DNA from: an uncultured Candidatus Saccharibacteria bacterium
GTDB taxonomy: Bacteria > Patescibacteriota > Minisyncoccia > Phycocordibacterales > UBA1006
Length of the DNA stretch: 39,926 nt
Reading direction: 5' to 3'
Assembly: GCA_964620085.1 (NCBI GenBank)
Contig: CAZUIQ010000006.1
Span: 1-39,926, forward strand
The notes beneath the pieces were generated by a model. That model did not search any database, was not told where the DNA came from, and was given only the letters and a program-made list of their open reading frames with translations. A program made the translations under genes and the position numbers. Positions 6,793-15,652 of the stretch are shown piece by piece. The first letter of the stretch is position 1. Each line of letters opens with the position of its first letter.

Positions 6793-8058
6793 TTATAATG
6801 CTACAACTTCTAGTTGATGAGGGTTTCTAGGAAGAATCCGTCTCCAGAACGGTTGTACCTGTAGCTTGTAAGTAGCTATTTCTGGAATTTGATCCATAGA
6901 AGATCTTGCTTCTTTTCGAGAAATGCCCAAAATTGCCTCCTTTATCTTCTGCGTATCCAGAAGACCAACCACCGTACCTGTTCCGGTAATACGTATTTGA
7001 ATTTTCTGTGGAATAGGCTGACCTGCGACTATGGCACTTGTCAGAATTGACAGATCCTCAAAGTTTTTTAGAGTAAGCTTTATATTCTTTTCCACACCAA
7101 GACTATCACCTATGATTCGGGCTATTTCTGAACGATGTACTAATAAGATAGTGACCGTCTGATTTGCGATGACATGTACCCCATCTTCATGTTTAGGATC
7201 AAGTACTATGGTTACAGGATTTTCTGGAAGCGTCAGAGGTAGTGCAATCATGGTATCTGGAACTTGCTCAGAAAGTCGTGCAATGAGGGTTTCTGTACGT
7301 GAAAACTCATTTTTCAAATCTTCAGCAGCTCTCGTAATCATCTCCGGATCAGCAATTGCATCTAAATCATCAGACCCTCCTGTTATTTCTGTCACAGAAC
7401 GAATGGTAACCCCTTCAAGTGTTTTTGAGGTCTTTGAAAAAGTAAAATCATCTAAAGCACTATTTCCATAGATACCCGCATCTTTGGCAATTACCCCAAC
7501 ATCTATTTGTCCGGGATCTTTCAAACCTTTTGGTGGGATGGTAACTGTTTTTGAGATAAGATATTTTTTACCAGCACTTGAGATGATTTCTGTTTTTGCA
7601 GAGATAGTTTTTGCACTCGTATGAGTATTATATAATCTCACGGTACCCGATGCCTGCGCTTCACTTGGGGCGCGACCTGTGATAGGAATAACTTTTTCAC
7701 TCGTAAATGTTTTTGTTGCGGTTGCAAAAAATACCCCATCCGTATTTCGAGATTGCGTTAACGTATACATTTTATCTACGGTACCCGAAAACTGTTTTGG
7801 TGTAACTGCCACCTTGGTATACGTAAATAGTCCACCTATACCCATACCGAGCGCAGTGATACAAATCATAGCAATAATCCACAGGAAACACCCTGAACGA
7901 TTTCGTACAGGGTTTTCATAACTTTTAAAGACCACAGGATCTTCCTGTTCTGATACTGGCTGTATTTCAAATTTTTGAGGTACTTCTAAAACCTGTTTTT
8001 TTACAACAGTTTTTTTCGTCACAATCATGTCATTCATCATGTGTTTTTTATCAGGCAT
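6793..8058 (-). CDS. hypothetical single-pass membrane protein (421 aa)
   Basis: Short cytoplasmic N-terminus, one hydrophobic helix (FLWIIAMICITALGMGIGGLF), then a large Thr/Ser/Ile-rich domain; 10 nt downstream of the preceding gene. Confidence 0.6.
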   Translation of the reverse strand: MPDKKHMMNDMIVTKKTVVKKQVLEVPQKFEIQPVSEQEDPVVFKSYENPVRNRSGCFLWIIAMICITALGMGIGGLFTYTKVAVTPKQFSGTVDKMYTLTQSRNTDGVFFATATKTFTSEKVIPITGRAPSEAQASGTVRLYNTHTSAKTISAKTEIISSAGKKYLISKTVTIPPKGLKDPGQIDVGVIAKDAGIYGNSALDDFTFSKTSKTLEGVTIRSVTEITGGSDDLDAIADPEMITRAAEDLKNEFSRTETLIARLSEQVPDTMIALPLTLPENPVTIVLDPKHEDGVHVIANQTVTILLVHRSEIARIIGDSLGVEKNIKLTLKNFEDLSILTSAIVAGQPIPQKIQIRITGTGTVVGLLDTQKIKEAILGISRKEARSSMDQIPEIATYKLQVQPFWRRILPRNPHQLEVVAL

Positions 8059-8068
8059 AAGAAGTTAT

Positions 8069-9208
8069 CTATTCAAGTCCTGCCAAGATTGCAAGTGATA
8101 GTGAGCTATTTTTTACTCGTGCCGTATGGGTATAGATCAGGAATTCGTCAAACATTTCTGTCTGAATAACTTCTATTTCCTTATTGATATCAACCTCAAT
8201 CATAGGCTTCAAGGCTTTTGCCCATACAGGATCCATTATGAGTATTACTGGCCCTGAAATATGCCCCATCTGTTTTTTAATACGAAGCATGATCATACGA
8301 ATTTCATCACTCATTTTTTTATAAGCCATCTCGATTCTTTGATAATAAATATCTCGCTCGTGTTCTAAGAAATTTTCATCACTTGCAAAGCGCATTACTG
8401 ACGCACTATGTCTCTGATCTACCCCAAACAGACGTGCGATGGCATTCTCAAACATGGCAAGACCTGTGTTTATTTTTTCTGAATAACTCATTAATCCTCG
8501 ATTGAACACTAAGCATGTTCCCGATACTCCCCCAAGAGTAATCACCGTGATTTGATTATACTCTTTTGCTATTCGTGAAAACGCCGTGTCTAATCCACTA
8601 AAAGAAACATCTACCCTATGGAACACATCGGCATATACTCCTAGTATCATTTCAACAAATGCCGCCGGGGCTAATGCAACCGTGGTATGAAGTAGGAACG
8701 ATTTAGCAGAAATACCCACAGGATTCTTAACCATATACCCATTGGCCTCAACGATAGGTTTCGTAGTGTGCATAATTCCCCACATTTCATCACGAGCATA
8801 ATCACGAAGAGCCTCTTGTTCAAAGAGTCGTGCATCACGAACCATGGCATCATCAATTATTTTTTGGGTGATTTTGAAAGGACTTGTTTTCTCTATGGTG
8901 ATATGACGTGATTTATTCACGAGCCAAGGCTCACCCATCACACATACTAACTTGTCGTAATTTCCATGAACCTTGCGACATTGTTCGAGTACTTTTTTTA
9001 CTTCATGCTCAACAAGACTCTCAAGGGATGCTTCTGTAGTACGGTGATGCATAATTTTTTCCTCACACGAAAATATAACCACCGGCTTTGTCACGGCACC
9101 TTCACGATGATACGTTCGCACCACCGAAGCAGTAATTGAATAACTATTCACCATGAGCACACACATGGTTTGTTCTTCTTTGGGCTTGTTTTTGAGAAAA
9201 GAAAACAT
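8069..9208 (-). CDS. putative actin-fold ATPase (FtsA/PilM-like), function uncertain
   Basis: The pattern ..ANGYMVKNPVGISA.. / ..VITLGGVSGTCLVF.. resembles FtsA/PilM phosphate- and adenosine-binding segments. The start is moved to the ATG at 9208 because a TATAAT (9215-9220) lies 6 nt upstream of it; the track start at 9226 is GTG. Confidence 0.35.
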   Translation of the reverse strand: MFSFLKNKPKEEQTMCVLMVNSYSITASVVRTYHREGAVTKPVVIFSCEEKIMHHRTTEASLESLVEHEVKKVLEQCRKVHGNYDKLVCVMGEPWLVNKSRHITIEKTSPFKITQKIIDDAMVRDARLFEQEALRDYARDEMWGIMHTTKPIVEANGYMVKNPVGISAKSFLLHTTVALAPAAFVEMILGVYADVFHRVDVSFSGLDTAFSRIAKEYNQITVITLGGVSGTCLVFNRGLMSYSEKINTGLAMFENAIARLFGVDQRHSASVMRFASDENFLEHERDIYYQRIEMAYKKMSDEIRMIMLRIKKQMGHISGPVILIMDPVWAKALKPMIEVDINKEIEVIQTEMFDEFLIYTHTARVKNSSLSLAILAGLE

Positions 9209-9260
9209 GTGCTCATTATAGAACACATGGTTTCTTTATTCAATCCATCCTCATCCGGCT

Positions 9261-11483
9261 CTATCCAATCATTGCTTTTATGCGACGCACCCCAGCGCTA
9301 CTCGCCTCTTCTTTTTGAATCTTGAATGTTCCAATTTCAGAAGTATTCGTCACATGGGGACCACCACAGAATTCGATGCTTATAGCATCGCCCTGAGCGA
9401 GTGAGCTTTGCGAACGAGTCGAAGGAGCAATTTCATATACACTCACAATATCAGGATATTTCGCACCGAATTCCATCTCTGCACCCAGCTTTTCGGCTTC
9501 CTCGCGAGGCATTTCTCGTCGCACGACAGGAAGCTTTGCTTCTATCCAAGTATTTACTAAAGCTTCTACTTGTTGTAATTCTTCTGCGGTTACTTTGCGA
9601 TCGAAACTAAAGTCCATACGGAGGCGTTCTTCCGTGATATTGCTTCCTCGTTGGTGAATATTTTTATCAACGACTTCTTGTAATGCTGCGAGTAACAAAT
9701 GATGTGCCGTGTGTAACTTCACGGTTGTTTCATTGGTATTTGCAAGACCTCCTTTGAATTTTTGTTCTGAACCTGAACGAGATGCTTCTTGGTGTCTTTC
9801 CATTAAAATCTTAAATGCTCCCATCACTGCATTTTCTGAGAAAGGAATTTTCTTTTCTTTAGCCAGCTCAATTGAAAGCTCTGGAGGAAAACCGTGTGTG
9901 GTCCATAGATCAAAAACGTTTTGTCCGTTAAGCTCTAATACAATTTTCTCGCCAGAATCAAGATTTTTCACAGAAGTCTTCATATCAAAAACTCTTAATC
10001 CTTGGTGTAGTGTTTTTTGAAATTGTTCAATTTCATGAAAGATTACACTGTATCCCATCTTTTTGACTTCAAGAATTTCTGGGTAAGCCCCTCCATAAGA
10101 TTCAATCAGCCGATCAAATATTATTTTATAATTCTCTAACGATGAAGAGATTATTTTTTGAAAATAAACAACTCCGCGACGTGTTAGACGACGCATCACA
10201 TACCCCCTATCTTTATTACTAGGAACGACACCATCTGACGCCATGAAAATTACAGTTCTAAAGTGATCCAGTGTAATTCTCTCAGCTTTTTGTTTTTCAA
10301 AATCACTTCCAGAAAACTGTAGACTTTCTATTCGTATAGCATCGCGGACTGCTTTAAATAAATCAGTATCATAAGCAGTATTTTTTCCTTGCATCACCGC
10401 AGTAAGACGCTCTAGTCCCGCACCAGTGTCCACATTCTTCTGAGAAAGATTTTTATATACAAAAAGTCTTGATTTTAACCAATCAATAAGAGTCGGATCT
10501 GTTGATACTTTTACCGCATGAAGTCCAACATCTTTGGCACAACTAGTATGTTGCTCATTACAATCAAAATAAATGCACTTACTAAGATCAACCCCAAGCT
10601 TCATTGAAAGTGAATTGAAAAAATCTGGATTATCTTTTTTGAGACCAGTCTCTTGCTCAAATACTTCTATAGTAAAATCTTTTAGTATCTCCTTTGCTTT
10701 TTCATGATTTCCGTTTACTACCAATATCTTTCTATTTTTAGTTTTCTCGAGAAAATTAACCAGTTCTTGATTTAGATTAAATTGATCATCATAGAGACTT
10801 CCCATTCCATCAATCAAAATAACTGCTGGGCTTTTCTCATACTCCATAAACACATCATTCCAGATTTCAATAAATGTTTCCTTTTTTACCTGCTCAACAA
10901 AAGACTCCTTCGAAATTTCTTGTCCAATAAAATCACCATTCATGTCATAAAACATTTCTGAACACGGACCACACGGACCATTATCTCCCGGACTCCACCA
11001 GTTATCATCCGCACCCAATGGATAAATTCTATGTTCAGGAATCCCAAGATTCATCCAAATATCTTTTGATTCTTGATCGAATGGAGCATTTGCATCACCT
11101 TCGAAAATAGTCACGGCAAGTCGCGCAGGATCAAGCCCTAACCCCTCTTCTTCACTTGTTAAGAATTCATAGCTCCAAGAAATCGCTTCTTGTTTAAAAT
11201 AATCTCCAAGAGACCAATTTCCCAACATTTCAAAAAACGAAAAGTGTCGATTATCACCAATATCATCAAGGTCCCCTGTTCGTACACATTTCTGACAACT
11301 TGCCAATTTAGTCCCAAGTGGATGCTTCTGTCCCATCAAATACGGAACCAGTGGCTGCATGCCGGCCGTATTAAAAAGCACCGAAGGGTCATTTTCGGGT
11401 ACCAAGCTTGCTGATGGTAAAATAGCATGACCTCGCTTCTTGAAAAATTCCAAGAATCTACTGCGAATTTCTGATGACAACAT
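9261..11483 (-). CDS. alaS: alanine--tRNA ligase with an inserted HAD-like module and no C-Ala domain
   Basis: Class II AlaRS motifs FNTAGMQP, CQKCVRTGD, HFSFFEMLGNWSLGDYFK and DTGAGLERL; editing-domain motifs HTAHHLL and CGGPHV. The protein ends right after the editing domain. Confidence 0.93.
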   Translation of the reverse strand: MLSSEIRSRFLEFFKKRGHAILPSASLVPENDPSVLFNTAGMQPLVPYLMGQKHPLGTKLASCQKCVRTGDLDDIGDNRHFSFFEMLGNWSLGDYFKQEAISWSYEFLTSEEEGLGLDPARLAVTIFEGDANAPFDQESKDIWMNLGIPEHRIYPLGADDNWWSPGDNGPCGPCSEMFYDMNGDFIGQEISKESFVEQVKKETFIEIWNDVFMEYEKSPAVILIDGMGSLYDDQFNLNQELVNFLEKTKNRKILVVNGNHEKAKEILKDFTIEVFEQETGLKKDNPDFFNSLSMKLGVDLSKCIYFDCNEQHTSCAKDVGLHAVKVSTDPTLIDWLKSRLFVYKNLSQKNVDTGAGLERLTAVMQGKNTAYDTDLFKAVRDAIRIESLQFSGSDFEKQKAERITLDHFRTVIFMASDGVVPSNKDRGYVMRRLTRRGVVYFQKIISSSLENYKIIFDRLIESYGGAYPEILEVKKMGYSVIFHEIEQFQKTLHQGLRVFDMKTSVKNLDSGEKIVLELNGQNVFDLWTTHGFPPELSIELAKEKKIPFSENAVMGAFKILMERHQEASRSGSEQKFKGGLANTNETTVKLHTAHHLLLAALQEVVDKNIHQRGSNITEERLRMDFSFDRKVTAEELQQVEALVNTWIEAKLPVVRREMPREEAEKLGAEMEFGAKYPDIVSVYEIAPSTRSQSSLAQGDAISIEFCGGPHVTNTSEIGTFKIQKEEASSAGVRRIKAMIG

Positions 11484-11503
11484 AATAGACCTACCTTATC
11501 ATA

Positions 11504-11518
11504 TTTTGGGAAACAAAA
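11504..11518. repeat. 15-nt motif TTTTGGGAAACAAAA (copy 1; copy 2 at 11969-11983)
   Basis: Exact 15-mer found twice. In both cases, on the minus strand, it sits just downstream of a terminator and just upstream of a TA-rich -10-like hexamer. Confidence 0.6.
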
Positions 11519-11527
11519 AAAGATCAT

Positions 11528-11560
11528 GAGAAAAGGCGCTCTTGTGAAGCACCTTTTTTA
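11528..11560 (-). terminator. intrinsic terminator after ORF 11579-11905
   Basis: 7-bp stem (a G.U pair forms only on the minus strand) followed by a T-run. Confidence 0.65.
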
Positions 11561-11578
11561 TTCTGTAAGATTATTAAA

Positions 11579-11905
11579 CTATGGAGTTAAAGAAATTGGA
11601 ACGTAGGTCCATCCTGAGTCGCATGCCTTGATGAGGTCACTCCTTTCGTTAATATACAAGTAACAAATCCCTTCATTTCTTTCAATAACCTGCTTGATTA
11701 TGTCACTTGAAAAAGTGTGACTCATTTTGATAACCTCAGGATGTTTTTCTACACGATAATCATCGTCTATAATTAACTGAAGTAGTCCCTCATACCTTAC
11801 AATCTTATAATCAGCTACATATTCTAACGGAATGATTGCATGGCAGCTTTTTGGTTCCTGTAAAAAAACCATCTGTGCTTTTACCTTTTTTAACTTGTTG
11901 TTCAT
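11579..11905 (-). CDS. hypothetical protein (108 aa), paralog of the N-terminal half of the 12024-12617 product
   Basis: Shared blocks AIIPLE/VIIPID and SSDIIKQVIERNEGICYLY/SSEDYQKILDNNGICYIQ; has its own terminator (11528-11560). Confidence 0.55.
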   Translation of the reverse strand: MNNKLKKVKAQMVFLQEPKSCHAIIPLEYVADYKIVRYEGLLQLIIDDDYRVEKHPEVIKMSHTFSSDIIKQVIERNEGICYLYINERSDLIKACDSGWTYVPISLTP

Positions 11906-11975
11906 TTCTATTTTTTTATTTATAACAATACCATATTTAACTTAAAAAGCAATGTTTGTTTATATTATTTTTGGG

Positions 11976-12006
11976 AAACAAAATAAGCGGACACTGTGTC
12001 CGCTTA
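11976..12006 (-). terminator. intrinsic terminator after ORF 12024-12617
   Basis: Near-perfect palindrome TAAGCGGACAC/GTGTCCGCTTA followed by TTTTGTTT. Confidence 0.8.
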
Positions 12007-12023
12007 TGATTTTCAGGAGGAAT

Positions 12024-12617
12024 TTAAAGCACTTCGCAATATTGCCAAACATACCCCTTTGGTAACCAATAATCCTTGATGTAATTTCCACTTCTTACAA
12101 TCTCTCTAAATTGCAAACAGTGATCTACGTTACCGAATTCATCCATCACCGCAAATTTTTTTTCTGAATTTTCCTCTGCGGGAAACTGATTAAAACTAAA
12201 CCAGCCTCCTTCTTTACTTACTACAAGCCTTATTGCTTCTGGCGATTCAAGATGAATAATAACCTTGCAGTCATGGAGGCCTCGTTGGGAATAAATCGTT
12301 CCCTGTTGATCATCACATTGAATGTAACAAATCCCATTATTATCAAGTATCTTTTGATAATCTTCAGAAGATAGATCATCCACGGAATGACCTTCATTTC
12401 CTAAAGCATCCAGCCCTTGGTACTCTTTGTAAACACAGAAAGAAGATATTGGCTTGCCTTCTATTTTCGTTCCAATTTTTAAAATTTCCAAAGAAATTGC
12501 TTGACTACTATCTTCTACAAAAACATCCGGAAAAAGTGGATCTATTGGAATAATAACCATACTTTCTGTTCCGGGTAATTTGACTAGAAATGCTTTTCTA
12601 CTGTGTGGATATTTCAT
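12024..12617 (-). CDS. hypothetical protein (197 aa)
   Basis: ATG ORF with its own terminator (11976-12006); N-terminal half is homologous to the neighbouring 108-aa ORF. Confidence 0.55.
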   Translation of the reverse strand: MKYPHSRKAFLVKLPGTESMVIIPIDPLFPDVFVEDSSQAISLEILKIGTKIEGKPISSFCVYKEYQGLDALGNEGHSVDDLSSEDYQKILDNNGICYIQCDDQQGTIYSQRGLHDCKVIIHLESPEAIRLVVSKEGGWFSFNQFPAEENSEKKFAVMDEFGNVDHCLQFREIVRSGNYIKDYWLPKGYVWQYCEVL

Positions 12618-12672
12618 ACTAAAAAAATTGATTTGTGAGAAAATGATTTAAAAATACAATACCACACTCAAC

Positions 12673-12697
12673 CAAAAAAGCAAGGTGTCCCTCGCTT
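12673..12697 (-). terminator. intrinsic terminator after pepF
   Basis: AGCGAGG-GACA-CCTTGCT (G.U on the minus strand) followed by T6. Confidence 0.7.
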
Positions 12698-12708
12698 TTT
12701 TAAAAAAC

Positions 12709-14478
12709 TTATTTCTGATCCATTGCAATCATCTTCTTGAGACTTTTAATATCTACTTTCACCGTATCCAGCCCATCCTTCCAAAAATCTGACTTACTGG
12801 TATCAATTCCAATACTCTTGAAAATATCCTCGGGTGATCTACTCCCCCCCGCAGACAAGAACTTGTTTATTTTTTCTACAAAACTCGAATCCTGTTTAAG
12901 GTACCCATACATTGCACTACTAATGAGTTGCCCATATGCATAGCTATACACATAGAAGAACCATCGTGCATGCATATACCGCACAAACAAATACCCGTCA
13001 TCTTGAGTAATCTTGAATGTTTTTCCGAGCTGTGCCTGCAGGTGTTTTTGCATAGTTGCCGTGAAATCCGTCTGCGAAATCTGCCCTCTCTCCCGAATCA
13101 TCGCATGAATATCTTCCTCGTATCCAAAATAGGCCGCTTGGCGAAATAGTGTATTGCACGCATCCTGGAGGTGGTTATACTGAGCGTACATACGCTCGCG
13201 TTTTGGTAAGTGCTGCAACACTTCGGCAAATGCAAAATTTTCAAAGAGTGTACTTGCAACCTCTGCTGTAGAGATAGGATGATTTTCATACATCACCGTT
13301 TGCTGCTTGGAAAGTTCACGATGAATTGCGTGACCCATTTCGTGTGCAAGTGTCCTTAATGAATTTAAATCATCTGTCCAGTTTAAAAGTACATAGGTTG
13401 GGCGATTATAGGCACCCCAACAATACCCACCTCCTCGTTTTCCTACTCGTGAATACGCATCAATCTGGCCATTTTGTAAAAACCTATCAAAGATCTCTAC
13501 ATACAACGGATCCACTTTACCGAATGCACTCCTAATAATTTCTACCGATTTTTCAAACGTAAACACTTGCTTACTCGCTGACAAGGTTACGCCCATATCA
13601 TAATAATAGAGTATATCTCGTCCCATAAGCTCTGCTTTTATTTTTGAAACTTCATGCGAAATGACGTATGACTTTCTGAGGAGTCTCATCAAGTTTATAA
13701 TGACCGATTCATCATTTTCATAATCGAGAATAGTAGCACTGTACGGATGCGCCAATCCTCGTAATTCATCATCAATCTTTTTATTAATAATAATTGCATT
13801 GAGTTCAGCCTCGGCAAAAAAACCTATTGATTTTAATTTTTCAATAACCAGACTATGTAATTTCTTACGATCACCCAAAGGAAGCCTTGAAATCATACCT
13901 ACTGCTTCATGAATAGGTACCATGCTCTCTTTCCAAGAAACTACTTGCTCCGAAATAAGTTTTTCAATAGCATTCGTCCATAGATGATTCGCTGGTTCAT
14001 ACTTTAATGCCAAAATCTTTTCTTCTTTTTCTCCAAGCTTATGTTTTGATACTTTCCAAACTTTTTCCAAAAAATACTGGAATTCCTGGAACTTTTTATC
14101 TTTTAGAATCTTCTGTTGTTGCGATTGGGGTATTTTTCCTAACTCAAGCTCAAAAAATAAAAATTGATTTGTTGCATGGGTTACTCGTGACTGAATCTTG
14201 GATAGTTGTGCGGTAACGAAAAGATCTCGACTATCCATATCACGAGCAAGCATATAGTAAGAAACCGGCTTCACATCACCTACGACATGTTGCAGATTTT
14301 TATAATCAAGAAGTGACTCTAGAAGTTTTGGAATACTTTTTGTAAACAAAAGATCTGTCCCCCACTTATTTAAAAAAGAATTACAAATACGCTCAATCGA
14401 CTGAACATCTTTCTCTATTTGCGGATCCTTGTGTGATGTGTACATGAGTCCCAAATTCCAAGTGGTTTGTATTTTCAT
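12709..14478 (-). CDS. pepF: M3B-family oligoendopeptidase F
   Basis: Zinc motif LAHEMGHAIH (HExxH); length and overall pattern typical of PepF. Confidence 0.85.
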   Translation of the reverse strand: MKIQTTWNLGLMYTSHKDPQIEKDVQSIERICNSFLNKWGTDLLFTKSIPKLLESLLDYKNLQHVVGDVKPVSYYMLARDMDSRDLFVTAQLSKIQSRVTHATNQFLFFELELGKIPQSQQQKILKDKKFQEFQYFLEKVWKVSKHKLGEKEEKILALKYEPANHLWTNAIEKLISEQVVSWKESMVPIHEAVGMISRLPLGDRKKLHSLVIEKLKSIGFFAEAELNAIIINKKIDDELRGLAHPYSATILDYENDESVIINLMRLLRKSYVISHEVSKIKAELMGRDILYYYDMGVTLSASKQVFTFEKSVEIIRSAFGKVDPLYVEIFDRFLQNGQIDAYSRVGKRGGGYCWGAYNRPTYVLLNWTDDLNSLRTLAHEMGHAIHRELSKQQTVMYENHPISTAEVASTLFENFAFAEVLQHLPKRERMYAQYNHLQDACNTLFRQAAYFGYEEDIHAMIRERGQISQTDFTATMQKHLQAQLGKTFKITQDDGYLFVRYMHARWFFYVYSYAYGQLISSAMYGYLKQDSSFVEKINKFLSAGGSRSPEDIFKSIGIDTSKSDFWKDGLDTVKVDIKSLKKMIAMDQK

Positions 14479-14485
14479 AATCGTG

Positions 14486-14494
14486 ATTATAGCA
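14486..14494 (-). promoter_or_regulatory. extended -10 TGcTATAAT, 7 nt before the pepF ATG
   Basis: Directly follows terminator 14505-14531. Confidence 0.55.
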
Positions 14495-14504
14495 GTTTTT
14501 TACA

Positions 14505-14531
14505 AGAAAAAAACACCCTCTCGGATGTTTT
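14505..14531 (-). terminator. intrinsic terminator after the DUF1761 gene
   Basis: ACATCC-GAGA-GGGTGT followed by T7. Confidence 0.7.
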
Positions 14532-14537
14532 TTTCTT

Positions 14538-14960
14538 TTACACTAACCAAACAAATAGTAATGCCCAGATAATGAAATTTACAAGTTGATACCCTATCGA
14601 AATCCCAAAGAGCTTGAGTGCATCCTTGGCTGGACGACCATTCCAAAGATTTGTTACCGTGAGTTGAGGTAGTATAAACCCTACAAAAATAACTCCCAAA
14701 ATCATGAACGCGTCACCAAATGAACCCGCACGGAAGTTAAATAAAAATAGATACGCAACGAACGCCATCACATACCCAGCAACCAAATTAATTGCCATAC
14801 GGATATACATGCCTCGTTTAGCATCCGCACTCATCATCTCGTTGTTTTGAGACATCCCAAGAGCATGTGCCCAAGTTTTTCCAAACAAAGGACCGTGCCA
14901 AATAAAACCTAGTATAAAATTAGTAGCTGCGGCAATTAATGCAAGAAGAAATAGTGACAT
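14538..14960 (-). CDS. DUF1761-like membrane protein
   Basis: Four predicted helices; N-terminal GFIWHGPLFGKTW motif typical of DUF1761. Confidence 0.55.
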   Translation of the reverse strand: MSLFLLALIAAATNFILGFIWHGPLFGKTWAHALGMSQNNEMMSADAKRGMYIRMAINLVAGYVMAFVAYLFLFNFRAGSFGDAFMILGVIFVGFILPQLTVTNLWNGRPAKDALKLFGISIGYQLVNFIIWALLFVWLV

Positions 14961-15010
14961 ACGTTATAAGTGAAATTTATATTAATTAATGACTAACAAT
15001 CAAGACCTCT

Positions 15011-15583
15011 TTATTCTACCACAAGAGTCTTTTTTGGAGTACGTGGTTTGCGAGACTTAAGAGGCTTAGGTACTTCTTCCGTTTGGGCAACAAATTGAGG
15101 ATCTGGAAATACGTGGAGACGGATTGCTTTCTCCACAAAGGACAAAACACCAAGTACGAAGAATGTGAGTAATGATACAAAAATTGCCTCACGAAACATT
15201 CCAAAACCAATAGCCATTCCGATTCCTGCACATATCCACATTCCAGCTGCAGTAGTCAGGTTTTCAATATGCCCGTCTTTGAAAATAATCAAACCAGCAC
15301 CCAAGAAACCAATACCGACGATAATATTTCCTGGCATGAGCGCCGGATTAAAACTTGCTCCGAATGTCGCCATGTATGACTCGCCAATATAAATTGAGAT
15401 ACTCACGAAAAATGCTGCTGCCATGGTAACAAGTGCATAGGTTCGCATACCCGCAGTCTTGTGCGCATGAATACGTTCGAGTCCTAATAAAATTCCGAGC
15501 ACCATCGCAAGTAAAAGTTTTACAATAAAAAATAAAAAAGGTGCATCAAATGTTTGTGCAATGATTTGATTGAAGATGATCAT
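15011..15583 (-). CDS. MgtC/SapB-family membrane protein
   Basis: LGILLGLERIHAHKTAGMRTYALV motif. The ATG at 15583 is preferred; the track start at 15598 is GTG and overlaps a TATAAT box (15590-15595). Confidence 0.8.
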   Translation of the reverse strand: MIIFNQIIAQTFDAPFLFFIVKLLLAMVLGILLGLERIHAHKTAGMRTYALVTMAAAFFVSISIYIGESYMATFGASFNPALMPGNIIVGIGFLGAGLIIFKDGHIENLTTAAGMWICAGIGMAIGFGMFREAIFVSLLTFFVLGVLSFVEKAIRLHVFPDPQFVAQTEEVPKPLKSRKPRTPKKTLVVE

Positions 15584-15603
15584 GAATTCATTATACACTT
15601 ACT

Positions 15604-15641
15604 TGAAATAAAAAATAGTCTTCTTGTGGAAAACTATTTTT
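15604..15641 (-). terminator. AT-rich hairpin terminator after ORF 15653-16702
   Basis: 8-bp plus 3-bp stem followed by a T-rich tract. Confidence 0.45.
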
Positions 15642-15652
15642 TATTTTTTTAT

